A stretch of DNA of 64,000 nt from positions 1,792,001-1,856,000 of the forward strand of contig CAWGHO010000002.1 of assembly GCA_963822445.1 (NCBI GenBank), read 5' to 3'. The notes under the pieces are model-generated. The model was not told the DNA's origin and made no database searches. It was given only the letters and a program-made list of their open reading frames with translations. The DNA comes from an uncultured Acidobacteriota bacterium (lineage in GTDB: Bacteria; Acidobacteriota; Thermoanaerobaculia; Gp7-AA8). Made by a program: the position numbers and the translations under genes. Shown piece after piece: positions 38,773-48,368 of this stretch; positions within the stretch are counted from its first letter, which is position 1, and each line of letters begins with the position of its first letter.

Positions 38773-39971
38773 AGGCAGATTTTCCCCAACACGGTCGGCC
38801 GCCCGCCCGTCGCACCGGCGACGTTCGTCACCAGACCGACCACCGAATCGTTCGCGATCATGGCCATGGCCATCGCTTCCTTGGCCTCGCTCGCTTTGTA
38901 CGTGAGGATGCGCTGCTTCGGCATGCGCTCTTTGATCATCGCCACCAGCGTCGGATTCTTCGCGCCGCCGCCGGCGAGCAGGACTTCGTGCACCGGACCG
39001 CGCGGATGGATGAAGTCGCGATACCCGCGGGCGATGCTCTCCGCGGTCAACGCCGTGGCCGTGGCGATGAGGTCATCGAGCGAGACGCCCTGGGCCTGCT
39101 GGATGATCCGTCGCGCGAACTGCGAGCCGAAGAGCTCGCGGCCGGTCGTCTTCGGCGGCGACTTCGCGAAGTAGGGGTCGGACATCCATTGCTCGAGCAG
39201 TTCATGGCGCACGCGTCCCGCGGCAGCGAGGGCTCCGTCGACGTCGTAGGTCTGACGGCCGTTCGTCGCGACCCAGGCCAGCTCGTCGATGATCATGTTT
39301 CCCGGTCCGGTATCGAACGCGAACACGTCTTCCCACGTCGCTTTCGGCGGGATGTAGGTGACGTTGCCGATGCCGCCGATGTTCTGGATGGCCCGGCCGC
39401 GCGATTTGTGCCGCAGCAGGACCCAGTCGAAGTACGGGACGAGCGGCGCACCCTGGCCACCCGCGGCGACGTCGCGGACGCGCAAATCGCCGACGGTGAT
39501 GATGCCCGTGCGCTCGGCGATGACGGCCGACTGTCCGATGGCGAACGTCGAGCGCGTTTCGATGCGGTGGTCGAGCCAGTCGACGTCGGGCTCGACCAGA
39601 ATCAGCTCCGGGTCATGCCAGACGGTCTGCCCCGCCGACGCGACGAGGTCCACCGTGTCGGCCTTGATCTTCGTCTCTTTGAGGAGCCGCAGAATCGCCG
39701 CGGCGAAGACTTCGCCGAGGATGAAGTCGTAGCGGCAGATGTCGTCGACGCGGGCTTTTGCGGGATCGAAGAAGTCGCGCACGACCGAGCGGATCTTCGG
39801 GGGATAGGGATAGCTGCGGAAGTGCTCGAGCCGGACCACGGCGTTGAGGCCGTGCTTCTGGATGCGGACCATGGCCACGTCGATGGCGTCGAGCGACGTG
39901 CCGGACATCATCCCGATGATGCGCCGCGAGTATTTCGTGGCGACGTGCATGAGGCGCTCGAGGCGGTTCAA
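38769..39971 (-). CDS. anmK: Anhydro-N-acetylmuramic acid kinase
   Basis: GMMSGTSLDAID, GQTVWH, GGQGAPLVP, NIGGIGN, FDTGPGN, PPKTTGRELF; TTG start inferred from a GGAG SD. Confidence 0.93.
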   Translation of the reverse strand: MNRLERLMHVATKYSRRIIGMMSGTSLDAIDVAMVRIQKHGLNAVVRLEHFRSYPYPPKIRSVVRDFFDPAKARVDDICRYDFILGEVFAAAILRLLKETKIKADTVDLVASAGQTVWHDPELILVEPDVDWLDHRIETRSTFAIGQSAVIAERTGIITVGDLRVRDVAAGGQGAPLVPYFDWVLLRHKSRGRAIQNIGGIGNVTYIPPKATWEDVFAFDTGPGNMIIDELAWVATNGRQTYDVDGALAAAGRVRHELLEQWMSDPYFAKSPPKTTGRELFGSQFARRIIQQAQGVSLDDLIATATALTAESIARGYRDFIHPRGPVHEVLLAGGGAKNPTLVAMIKERMPKQRILTYKASEAKEAMAMAMIANDSVVGLVTNVAGATGGRPTVLGKICL

Positions 39972-39983
39972 GCGTGATCTCCG

Positions 39984-40086
39984 CGTACGGCGGGCGTCCC
40001 GCCCGCATTCCGCCGGGCGTTTCGCCCGGCGGTCCATCCGGCCGGGCAGGATGCCCGTCCGTGGCGGGCGGGACGCCCGCCGTACG
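39984..40086. repeat. REP-like palindromic element (103 bp), same family as 30522
   Basis: CGTACGGCGGGCGTCCCGCCCGC ... GCGGGCGGGACGCCCGCCGTACG. Confidence 0.9.
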
Positions 40087-40089
40087 GGC

Positions 40090-40947
40090 TCACTCGAGCA
40101 CCTCGCGCAGAGTGTTCCGCTCGAGAAGCGCTCGCGCTTCGTCCGCGCTCACCTTCTTCTTCGCGATGACCGTGGCTACCTTCACGTTGCCATCGGCATC
40201 GCGAATGGCCTGCACGGCCATCGGTCTGGTCGCGCCGGACGCCAGCTCCACCATCCGCACGGCGCGGTTGCGGAGCTTCTCGTTGGTGGCGGGCATGTCG
40301 ATCATGAGATTTGAGTAGACGCGGCCGAGGCGGATCATCACGCCGGTGGAGATCTGATTGAGGACGAGCTTCTGCGCGGTGCCGCTCTTCATGCGCGTCG
40401 AGCCCATGATCACTTCCGGACCGGTCTCGATGACGATGGGGATGTCGACGTCTTTGGCGAGCGGCGAGCCGGGAACGTTGGTGATGCCGACCGTCAGCGC
40501 GCCGAGCATGTTCGCCCGCCGGACCACGGCGACGGTGTAGGGCGTCGTTCCCGAGGCAGCAATTCCGATCACCGCATCATCCGCCTTGACCTCGGCATTC
40601 ACCGCGGCGACGGCAGCCTCTTCGTCGTCCTCCGCCCCTTCCGCGGCGTGAAAGTAAGCGCGCTCGCCGCCGGCGATCAGCACTTTCACGACGTCAAGGC
40701 CGTAGGTCGGAGGCAATTCCGACGCGTCGAGCATGGCGATTCGCCCGCTCGTGCCCGCGCCGGCGTAGAACAAACGGCCGCCGTGGCGAAGGCGCTCGGC
40801 GATCTGGTCGACGGCGTGAGCGATGCGCTCGGCCTGGGCGGCGACGGCGCCGGCAACCAGCGCGTCCTGCTCCTGAATGATCCGAACGATGTCGATCGTC
40901 GGCCGGCGGTCGATGTCGAGGCTGGCCTCGAGCCTGTCCTGGCTCAT
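40090..40947 (-). CDS. murQ: N-acetylmuramic acid 6-phosphate etherase
   Basis: GAGTSGR, DASELPPTYG, EGAEDD, AASGTTPY, GPEVIMGSTRMKSGTAQK. Confidence 0.96.
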   Translation of the reverse strand: MSQDRLEASLDIDRRPTIDIVRIIQEQDALVAGAVAAQAERIAHAVDQIAERLRHGGRLFYAGAGTSGRIAMLDASELPPTYGLDVVKVLIAGGERAYFHAAEGAEDDEEAAVAAVNAEVKADDAVIGIAASGTTPYTVAVVRRANMLGALTVGITNVPGSPLAKDVDIPIVIETGPEVIMGSTRMKSGTAQKLVLNQISTGVMIRLGRVYSNLMIDMPATNEKLRNRAVRMVELASGATRPMAVQAIRDADGNVKVATVIAKKKVSADEARALLERNTLREVLE

Positions 40948-40973
40948 GGTCTCGAAGATATCATCCGCTCTCC

Positions 40974-41339
40974 ATGCCTCTCGATCTCGACGGCCTGCAG
41001 GTCGCGTACCTCGGCGTAGCGCTCGCGCATTATCTCGACCTCGAGACCGGCGACATCATCGACATTCCGCTCGACGACCCTCCACCCGGCGACGAGTCGC
41101 GTTACCTGCGCATCCCCACGCATACGCCCGAGTCCGACGCCGCGGACCGCCGGATTTTCGTGGAGAAGATGGAGTTCTCCACGCTCCGCAGCCGGCTGGC
41201 GCAACTTGTCGACGACCCGCTCGCGTTCCGCGCCGCGATCTCCGAGGACCTGCGCGTTCAGCGGCAGTTCTTCAATTTCAGGAACGATCAGGCGACGAAG
41301 GCGATCGAGGAGTGGGTGGCCGCGGAAGGGCTGTCCTAG
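40974..41339 (+). CDS. UPF0158-like protein
   Basis: YLDLETGDI, RYLRIP, C-terminal EEW. Confidence 0.75.
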   Translation: MPLDLDGLQVAYLGVALAHYLDLETGDIIDIPLDDPPPGDESRYLRIPTHTPESDAADRRIFVEKMEFSTLRSRLAQLVDDPLAFRAAISEDLRVQRQFFNFRNDQATKAIEEWVAAEGLS

Positions 41340-42976
41340 CTCCGGCTGACCACCAGCACCGTCACGTCGTCATCCAGCGCCTCGGGATCCCCGCCGACGT
41401 GATTGAGCACCGTGTCGTGCAGGGCTTCGCTGATCTTCGACGCGTTCGAGCCGTGCAGTGCCTTCAGCGAGTCGCCGAGGAGCTTGGCGTCGAGGTCGAC
41501 GTCGTCCGCGTTGCGCGCTTCGGTCACGCCGTCGGTGTAGAGAATCAGCGAGTCGCCGGGCGCGAGCTGCAGGGTGCGATTGCTGAACTCCGCCCGGGAG
41601 ATGACGCCCAGCAGCAGATCGCTTTCGTTCAGTTCGACCGCTTCCCCTTTGCGCAGCCAGAGCGGCGGCGTGTGGCCGGCATTCACGTAGTCGACGATGC
41701 CCGTTGTCGTGTCGAGGCGGCCCAGGAAGAGCGTCACGAACTTCGACTGCGGGAGGTTTTCCTTCAGCGTGAGATTGAGCTGCTTCACCAGCGTCGCCGG
41801 ATCGGGATCGGTCTTCGAGAAGATGCGGAAGGCGACCTGCAGGCCGGCCATCATCAGGCCCGCGGTGACGCCTTTTCCGCTCACGTCACCGATGACGAAG
41901 TAGATCTTCCCGTCGGGACGGACCGCGAAGTCGTAGTAGTCGCCACTGACCGTGCGGCAGGGCTGATTGCGGCCGACGAACGTCCAGCCTTCGATGCCTT
42001 TCGGCGATTCGGGGAGAAGCCTGCGCTGGATGCTCGAGGCGGTGCGCAGCTCCTCGTCCATGATCCGTTTCTGAATCGCTTCCTCGCGCAGGCGCGTCGT
42101 TTCCAGCTTGATCGCCGCGAAACGGCCGATCTGGGCGACGAGTCGCACGTCTTCTTCGGAGATCGATCGCTGGGTGAACAGGTAGTCGACATACAGCACG
42201 CCGACGACCGCGTTACCGATCATCAGCGGCGCGCAGAGGATCGAGTGGATGCCCTGCATGACGATCGATTGCGCGCGGCTCAATTTGTCGTCCATGCCGA
42301 CGTCGATGAAGGCGAGCGCTTTCTTCTCTTCGACGATGTCGTTCAGCAGGGTGTGGCTGATGGTCAGCTCGCTGGCGTCGCTCTCGTCCTGCCGCCGCAC
42401 TTCGACCTTGGTGAAGGAGCGGCCGTCCGTGCCGAGGAGGGCGATAGCCGCGCGCGACGGGTGGAGATGCTCCATGACCCTCTCGATGATGAAGCCGAAG
42501 AGCTCGTCCATCGGACGGTCTTCGATGAGCTCGCGGGCGAGGAGAGTCAGGGTCTGAAGCCGCGACACATCCTGCGCTTCGGGGCGATCGGAAATGTCGT
42601 GAACGGGGATGGCGATGGTGGGGCTGGCCGTGGTCTGGGCGACGGCGAGAAGCTTGTCGGTGTTGCGCTCGGCGGTTTCGAACACGATTTCCGTGTCGCC
42701 GAGGCGGATGCGGTCGCCGCCTTTGAGGAGCTCGTCGCGCTCCACGCGCGAGCCGTTCAGGTACGTGCCGTTCGCGCTGCCCAGATCCTTGAGCATCCAG
42801 GCCGTGCCGACGGCGATGATCTCTGCGTGTTTACGGGAGAGGTAACGGTCTTTGATGGGGATCGAGCAATCCGCGGCCCGGCCGATCGAGACGGCGCTTC
42901 CTTCCAATGGCTGGCGGAAGGGGGAGAAAAGCGGCGAATAGACGGTAACTTCCGCAGGGGGCGGGACGGATTGCAT
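41336..42976 (-). CDS. FHA-GAF-SpoIIE (PP2C) phosphatase
   Basis: FHA motifs IGR, SRKH, DLGSANGT; GAF; PP2C motifs SGDYYD, GDVSGKG, NAGH, YTDGV, DDVT. Confidence 0.93.
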   Translation of the reverse strand: MQSVPPPAEVTVYSPLFSPFRQPLEGSAVSIGRAADCSIPIKDRYLSRKHAEIIAVGTAWMLKDLGSANGTYLNGSRVERDELLKGGDRIRLGDTEIVFETAERNTDKLLAVAQTTASPTIAIPVHDISDRPEAQDVSRLQTLTLLARELIEDRPMDELFGFIIERVMEHLHPSRAAIALLGTDGRSFTKVEVRRQDESDASELTISHTLLNDIVEEKKALAFIDVGMDDKLSRAQSIVMQGIHSILCAPLMIGNAVVGVLYVDYLFTQRSISEEDVRLVAQIGRFAAIKLETTRLREEAIQKRIMDEELRTASSIQRRLLPESPKGIEGWTFVGRNQPCRTVSGDYYDFAVRPDGKIYFVIGDVSGKGVTAGLMMAGLQVAFRIFSKTDPDPATLVKQLNLTLKENLPQSKFVTLFLGRLDTTTGIVDYVNAGHTPPLWLRKGEAVELNESDLLLGVISRAEFSNRTLQLAPGDSLILYTDGVTEARNADDVDLDAKLLGDSLKALHGSNASKISEALHDTVLNHVGGDPEALDDDVTVLVVSRS

Positions 42977-43031
42977 GCAGGGCTCCAGGGACCGTGAGCG
43001 AGAATTGTAGCTGATCGCACGGTTACGGAAC

Positions 43032-43595
43032 ATGTCGGCCGATTACTTCATAGACATCGAAGCGCACTTCGCTCAGCGTCGCGGCACGCCGTTCGTGCTG
43101 TCGGCGAAGGACTGGGCGCTCATGAAGGAATGGCACGACGGCGGGGTCCCGCTGCCGGTGGTCATCGAAGCCATCGACTCGGTTTTCGACAAGCAGGACG
43201 GCAAAGGACGGAAGGTCAACGGCTTGCGCTACTGCCGCCACGCCGTGAAGGAGCTCTGGGACGAGCGCCGCGAGCTGCAGATCGGAGCCGCGGAAGCCGC
43301 GCCGGAGGAGAACGCCGAGGCGCTGCTCGAGGACCTGGCGAATGCCGTTCCCGAGGTGTTCGCGGATCGCGTTCGGGAGCTGGCGAAGGAGAAGAGCGTT
43401 CCCCGAATCGAGGAGCGGCTGATCGAGCTCGAACAGGAGCTGCTGTCGTCACTGGCGTCGGATGAGATTCGGGCGGAAGCGCGAGCGCTCGCGGCGGGCG
43501 CGGATGATAAGACGCGCGCGCGCACCGAGGAGGCGACGCTGCGAAGGCTGGTGCGGGAGCGATTCGGATTGCCGCGGTTGACGTTGTTCAGGTGA
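43032..43595 (+). CDS. Hypothetical protein with a possible DnaD/DnaB_2-like N-terminal domain
   Basis: Clean ORF with host codon usage; LSAKDWALMKEW...VVIEAIDSVF...LRYCRHAVKELW. Confidence 0.75.
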   Translation: MSADYFIDIEAHFAQRRGTPFVLSAKDWALMKEWHDGGVPLPVVIEAIDSVFDKQDGKGRKVNGLRYCRHAVKELWDERRELQIGAAEAAPEENAEALLEDLANAVPEVFADRVRELAKEKSVPRIEERLIELEQELLSSLASDEIRAEARALAAGADDKTRARTEEATLRRLVRERFGLPRLTLFR

Positions 43596-43684
43596 TGGAG
43601 TGCGGCGGCTCTGCCGCCGCTTTGGCATGCGCCGGAGGCGCGCTCCGCGCGCTGTGAAAGCGGCGGCAGAGCCGCCGCACTCCA
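43596..43684. repeat. REP-like palindrome between convergent genes
   Basis: TGGAGTGCGGCGGCTCTGCCGCCGCTTT ... AAAGCGGCGGCAGAGCCGCCGCACTCCA. Confidence 0.9.
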
Positions 43685-43686
43685 AG

Positions 43687-44958
43687 CTATCGCAAAGCCT
43701 TCGCCACCTGCTCCAGTGCCCGCGCCGCCTCCCGCCCGGTGACCGTCGCGTCCGCGGGCACGGCGATCTCCGGATCGGCGACGCCGCAGGCCGCGAGCAC
43801 GTTGTCCTGGGGGATTCCCCGCGCGCACGAGGCCCCGCGCAGTTGCAGAACACGGGCGAGATGCGTCGACAGCCGAGACGCCGTGACGATGCGGCCGGGA
43901 CCGACGCGCCGCGTCACCGGATCGACGTCGAACAGGCCGATGGCGATGGCGCGGATGATCTCTTCGCGTCCGGCCACGTTCTCGATGTCGATGGCGATGG
44001 GCGGGGTGGCGAGATTGCGCGCGAAACGGACCGAGGGAACGGTCCAGTAAAGCAGCACGGCCAGATCGGCGCGGGTGATGGCCTGGCTCTCGAGTGCGCG
44101 CCGGAACTCGGGGGGCATGTTGGCCATGCTCCACTCTTCCTTGATCTCATCGAGGCGCGCCGAATACCGCGGCTCTTTCGTCCTGCGCGCGAGACGGTCG
44201 TAGCGGATGATCGCTTCCTGGTACCGGCCGCGGCCGACGTCGATCTCGGCGAGGATCTCCTGCACCGCGGGACGATCGACTTCGCCCGTGTCGAGCACCG
44301 GCTCGAGCTCGCGACGGGCTTCCTCGAATTGCCGCTGGCTCACGAGCTTCCCGGCGAGCATGACCCGCACGTCGATCGCCGCGGCGTTGTAAATCAGGGC
44401 CTCGCGCAGCAACCGCACGGCCTCGGCATCCGAAGCCGCCGCCGCCGCGGCCACCCGCTCGTTGAACAACGTTGCCTGCAGCGCGTTGAGGCGCTCGTTG
44501 ACGAACGCGGGAACGCCCGGCTTGCCGACCAGATCGCGATACAGCTCATACGCGGCGCGGGTGTCCTCGCGGCGCATGGCGATCTCCGCCTCGTACAGCC
44601 GCGGCGTGATCCATTCCGGCGATTGCTGCCGCGCGGTTGCAACGGCAACAGCCGCAGCGTCCAGGTTTCCGCTCCGGATCTCCAGCGCCGCCTCGGCCAG
44701 CAGAGCCGGCGCGTAATCCGGGTTCTTCATCCGGATGTCGGCGATGCGGCGGCGGGCTTCGCTTTCATTGCCGGCCAGGGCGTATCGCCACGCGGCGTCG
44801 AACTGTGCCGGCGCGGGGGCGTCGTAGCCGGTGCGGGGGTCGACCAGGAAGCGGTCGGCGCCCTGCGGCTCGGCGACCGGCGGCGGTGGAGCAGTCGTCG
44901 TACACGCGGCAAGCGCGATCGCTGCCGCGAGCAGCATCAGATGTCTGGTTCTCGTCAA
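43687..44958 (-). CDS. TPR lipoprotein with C-terminal SLH-like region
   Basis: Lipobox LAAC; TPR-like helices; ITRADLAVLL and later SLH-like motifs. Confidence 0.8.
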   Translation of the reverse strand: MTRTRHLMLLAAAIALAACTTTAPPPPVAEPQGADRFLVDPRTGYDAPAPAQFDAAWRYALAGNESEARRRIADIRMKNPDYAPALLAEAALEIRSGNLDAAAVAVATARQQSPEWITPRLYEAEIAMRREDTRAAYELYRDLVGKPGVPAFVNERLNALQATLFNERVAAAAAASDAEAVRLLREALIYNAAAIDVRVMLAGKLVSQRQFEEARRELEPVLDTGEVDRPAVQEILAEIDVGRGRYQEAIIRYDRLARRTKEPRYSARLDEIKEEWSMANMPPEFRRALESQAITRADLAVLLYWTVPSVRFARNLATPPIAIDIENVAGREEIIRAIAIGLFDVDPVTRRVGPGRIVTASRLSTHLARVLQLRGASCARGIPQDNVLAACGVADPEIAVPADATVTGREAARALEQVAKALR

Positions 44959-45851
44959 CTCAATCCCTCGATCAATTGCAAGGCTTCATCGGGCGAGGCG
45001 ATCCACTGCATGTTTCGCTCCGACCTCAGCCACGTCAGTTGCCGTTTTGCGTACGCGCGCGTCCGCCGTCTGGTTTCAGCGATTGCCTGCGGCTCGTTCA
45101 TCTCGCCGCGCACCACCGCGGCGGCCTCTTTGTATCCGATCGTGCCGAAGGGCCGGGCCGTGGCCGGATAGCGATTCAGCAGTGCGCGCGTCTCCTCGAT
45201 CAGGCCGGCGTTGTACATCGAGTCGACCCGCGCGTCGAGAGCGGGGCCGAGGCGTTGCCGATCGACTGCGAGACCGATTTTGATCGACGGCAATTCGTCT
45301 TCGACATTCCGTTCCCACGTCGAGATGGGCCGCCCGCTCGTCAGCCAGACTTCAAGCGCGCGCTCGACGCGATGACGGTCGCCGGCCGCAATCCGCTCGC
45401 CGCTGACCGGATCGACGCGGCGCAGCCAGCGATGGAGGCGCTCCGGACCGCGCGGCCTCGAAGCAATGCGGCTGATTCGTTCGCGCACTTCATCGTTCCG
45501 GCCGGGCATCTCCGGCAGACCGCTGAGGAGCGCGCGAAGGTAGAAGAACGTGCCGCCGGCGAGGATGGCCCTGCGGCCGCGCGCGTGAATGTCGTCGCAC
45601 ACCTGTCGCGCGGCGGCGCCGTAATCCGCGGCGTTGAACTCCTGGTCCGCTTCGACGATGTCGAAAAGGTGATGCGGCACGAGCGATCGCTCTTCGCGCG
45701 ACGGTTTGGCGCTGCCGATGTCGAAGCCGCGGTAGATCTGCACGGAGTCGTAGTTCACGATCTCGCCGCCAACGGACCGCGCGATGTGGAGTGCCAGCGC
45801 GGATTTTCCGGCGCCGGTCGGGCCGGCGATGACGATCAGCTTCGCCGTCAC
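44955..45851 (-). CDS. miaA: tRNA dimethylallyltransferase
   Basis: GPTGAGKS, DSVQIYRGFDIGSAKP, GGTFFY, YAKRQLTW. Confidence 0.96.
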   Translation of the reverse strand: MTAKLIVIAGPTGAGKSALALHIARSVGGEIVNYDSVQIYRGFDIGSAKPSREERSLVPHHLFDIVEADQEFNAADYGAAARQVCDDIHARGRRAILAGGTFFYLRALLSGLPEMPGRNDEVRERISRIASRPRGPERLHRWLRRVDPVSGERIAAGDRHRVERALEVWLTSGRPISTWERNVEDELPSIKIGLAVDRQRLGPALDARVDSMYNAGLIEETRALLNRYPATARPFGTIGYKEAAAVVRGEMNEPQAIAETRRRTRAYAKRQLTWLRSERNMQWIASPDEALQLIEGLS

Positions 45852-46171
45852 CGGATACGCGTCTGGTGCGTCTTGGCGTCTTCCTCGCTCAAGATCGAGC
45901 GGAGGTGCGCGCGGCAGTAGATGGCGCCCGGCGGGATCGGTGTGCGGCAAACCTGACAGCGGTTTTTCGCGACGACCTTGGCGCCCTTGCCGAGGATGCG
46001 CACGACGATGCCGGCGATGATGAGGATGCCCGCCAGCACCATGGCCTGCTGGAGCAGCGAGGTCTCGATCATGTCCGCGATCGGCTGGTCCGCGTAGCTC
46101 GCGTCGATCACGTACAGCACGAGAACGAGTATGAGAATCCAGAGGCCCAGCCGCAGCAGCGTCGTCGACAT
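45848..46171 (-). CDS. Small 2-TM protein with C-terminal zinc ribbon (CxxC-x10-CxxH)
   Basis: MSTTLLRLGLWIL...RCQVCRTPIPPGAIYCRAH; stop overlaps the miaA start. Confidence 0.8.
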   Translation of the reverse strand: MSTTLLRLGLWILILVLVLYVIDASYADQPIADMIETSLLQQAMVLAGILIIAGIVVRILGKGAKVVAKNRCQVCRTPIPPGAIYCRAHLRSILSEEDAKTHQTRIR

Positions 46172-46188
46172 GGTCTGAAGCGCTAACT

Positions 46189-48285
46189 CTAGTCCTTTCG
46201 GGAGGTAACGTACAAACGTCCGTCGCGGATCTCGAGGTCGATCGAGCCGCTGCGGTCGGTTCTCCAGGTGCGGATCCGGCGTTCGTCCAGCTCGGCGAGA
46301 ACGGACGGATGGGGGTGGCCGAACAGATTGCGCCGCCCGCAGGAGATGACTGCCAGGCGCGGCTGCACGGCGTCCAGAAACCGCGGCCGCGTGGAGCTTT
46401 TGCTGCCGTGATGGGCGATTTTCAGTACGTCCGCGCGCAGGTCGCGATCCGACAGGACGATCTCCGCTTCGGCCTCGATGTCGCCGGTCAGCAGAATGCG
46501 ACGGCCGCCGCTCTCCAGGCGGAGGACGATCGAGGCGTTGTTCTCCGGCGCGCGGCGGAAATTGCGATCGGCGACCATGGCCGTCATGCGGATCCCGTCG
46601 ATCGATTTCGTATCGCCGTCCCGAACGAGATGAATCGGCGGGCGCATGGCCAGGAGACGCGTTGCGCAGGGTCCGCGGAAACGGTGCGGCGAGATCCAGA
46701 GCTCGCGGACGCGGAGCTGTTCGATCACCGGAACGAGTCCGCCGCAGTGATCGGGATGCGCGTGCGTGAGGACGACCGTGTCGATGCGCCTGATGCCGCG
46801 ATCGGCGAGCATCGGAACGATCCGCGCGTCCATCCCGCCGTCGACGAGGATCGTGCGGGCTCCGCTCCTGATGACGATGGCGTCGCCCTGGCCGACATCG
46901 AGAAACGTGACTCGCGGATGCGGGACATGACTCGCAGTCGCCGAACGAACGATCGCCGCGATCGTCGGAATCAGGAGTGCAGCCGCGATGGCCAACGCTC
47001 TCGCGCGGCCACGCACCAAAGCCAACGCAAGAAGCGCCGCGAATCCGCCGAAGATCATGGCCGCGAGCGGCGGAGCCGCGAACGCACCGGAGAAGCCGAA
47101 GGCGTTGAAGATCGTGCAGACCCGGTGCAGCGCGCCGATCACCGCGAACACGGTCGCGTGCGGAACCGCGCAGGCGACTGCAGAGACGACGAGCATCGCG
47201 AAGATCAGCGGCGACATGGCCACGGTCAGCAGCGATCCGCCGAGCGCGTACTGATGAAAATGAAAGAGGGTCAGCGGAGCGATGGCGATCTCGATCGTCA
47301 GCGGCTTGGTGATCCACCGTTTGCCGAGAAACAGCAGTGCGCCGGCGCCCGCGTACGTGAGATGAAACGACGCGTCGGTGAGATCGCGCGGCTCGACCAT
47401 CAATCGAAGCAACGCGGCCACACACCACAAGTTTTCGACGGAAGTCGGCCGTTTGATGATGCGAGAAATCGCGTAGAGGCCGATGCCGAGACTGGCGCGC
47501 GACACGGAGGGTGTCGGCCCGATGAACAGCGGCGCGACGATCGCGAAGGTCAGCAGCAGCCAGTCCGACGCGCGTGGCGCGTGCAGCCAGCGGAGCAGGG
47601 CACCGAGCAGCGCGGCGGCGAGGGCGATCTGCAATCCGGAGAAGACGAGCAGGTGATACGTCCCGCCGCGCCGGAAACTCGCCCGCATTTCCTCGGTCAG
47701 CCGCTCGCCCCGTCCCAGCAGCAGTGCCTGGGCAAGCGCAACCTCGGTCGGATGGTCCGCCGCATGCCGTTCCAGCCGGTTGGCGAGCATCCGGTTCCAG
47801 GCCGCCGGCGCGAACGGCGACAGCCGCCCTTCGTACGCGAGCAGTTGCGGCGCCTTGATCGAGACCGTGTGCTGCCCGCGATCGTTGACGCGCAGAAATC
47901 CTTCCGCGCGCAGCGACTTCTCCATCGCGATCTCCGGAGGCTCGAACCGCGCGTAAACGGCGATCGGCGCATCGACCTCGACGCCGTTCGCGCGAAATCG
48001 CGACGCGCGCAACAGGAACGAGCCGTCGCGCTCGGCCCAGTCACGATCGAGCGGCGCTTCGATGACGACGAAGCGATCGGGATCGAACGGCGGCGACGCG
48101 ATGGGACGCGGCGCCAGCGCCAGACCGGCCGCGCAGAAGAGCGCGAGGACGGTGGCTGGTCTGTACAACAAACCAATCGCAATCAACGCGACGATCGTGA
48201 ATCGCGGATGCACGAGCACCGGCGCGAGGGCCAGTCCGGCAACGAACGAAATCAGTGGAAGTGCAGCAGGAACTTTGTTGGGCAA
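46189..48285 (-). CDS. comEC: ComEC/Rec2 competence protein
   Basis: HLLVFSGLQ, FLDVGQGDA, THAHPDHCGG, LTGDIE, HHGS, FGHPH. Confidence 0.94.
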   Translation of the reverse strand: MPNKVPAALPLISFVAGLALAPVLVHPRFTIVALIAIGLLYRPATVLALFCAAGLALAPRPIASPPFDPDRFVVIEAPLDRDWAERDGSFLLRASRFRANGVEVDAPIAVYARFEPPEIAMEKSLRAEGFLRVNDRGQHTVSIKAPQLLAYEGRLSPFAPAAWNRMLANRLERHAADHPTEVALAQALLLGRGERLTEEMRASFRRGGTYHLLVFSGLQIALAAALLGALLRWLHAPRASDWLLLTFAIVAPLFIGPTPSVSRASLGIGLYAISRIIKRPTSVENLWCVAALLRLMVEPRDLTDASFHLTYAGAGALLFLGKRWITKPLTIEIAIAPLTLFHFHQYALGGSLLTVAMSPLIFAMLVVSAVACAVPHATVFAVIGALHRVCTIFNAFGFSGAFAAPPLAAMIFGGFAALLALALVRGRARALAIAAALLIPTIAAIVRSATASHVPHPRVTFLDVGQGDAIVIRSGARTILVDGGMDARIVPMLADRGIRRIDTVVLTHAHPDHCGGLVPVIEQLRVRELWISPHRFRGPCATRLLAMRPPIHLVRDGDTKSIDGIRMTAMVADRNFRRAPENNASIVLRLESGGRRILLTGDIEAEAEIVLSDRDLRADVLKIAHHGSKSSTRPRFLDAVQPRLAVISCGRRNLFGHPHPSVLAELDERRIRTWRTDRSGSIDLEIRDGRLYVTSRKD

Positions 48286-48368
48286 GCACGCGGAGGAAGA
48301 GCTTCGTGAAGGGCTCGGGGAGAGCCGGCTCGCGTGGGACGGGAAGTATACTTCGGGCCTTCACTCCC

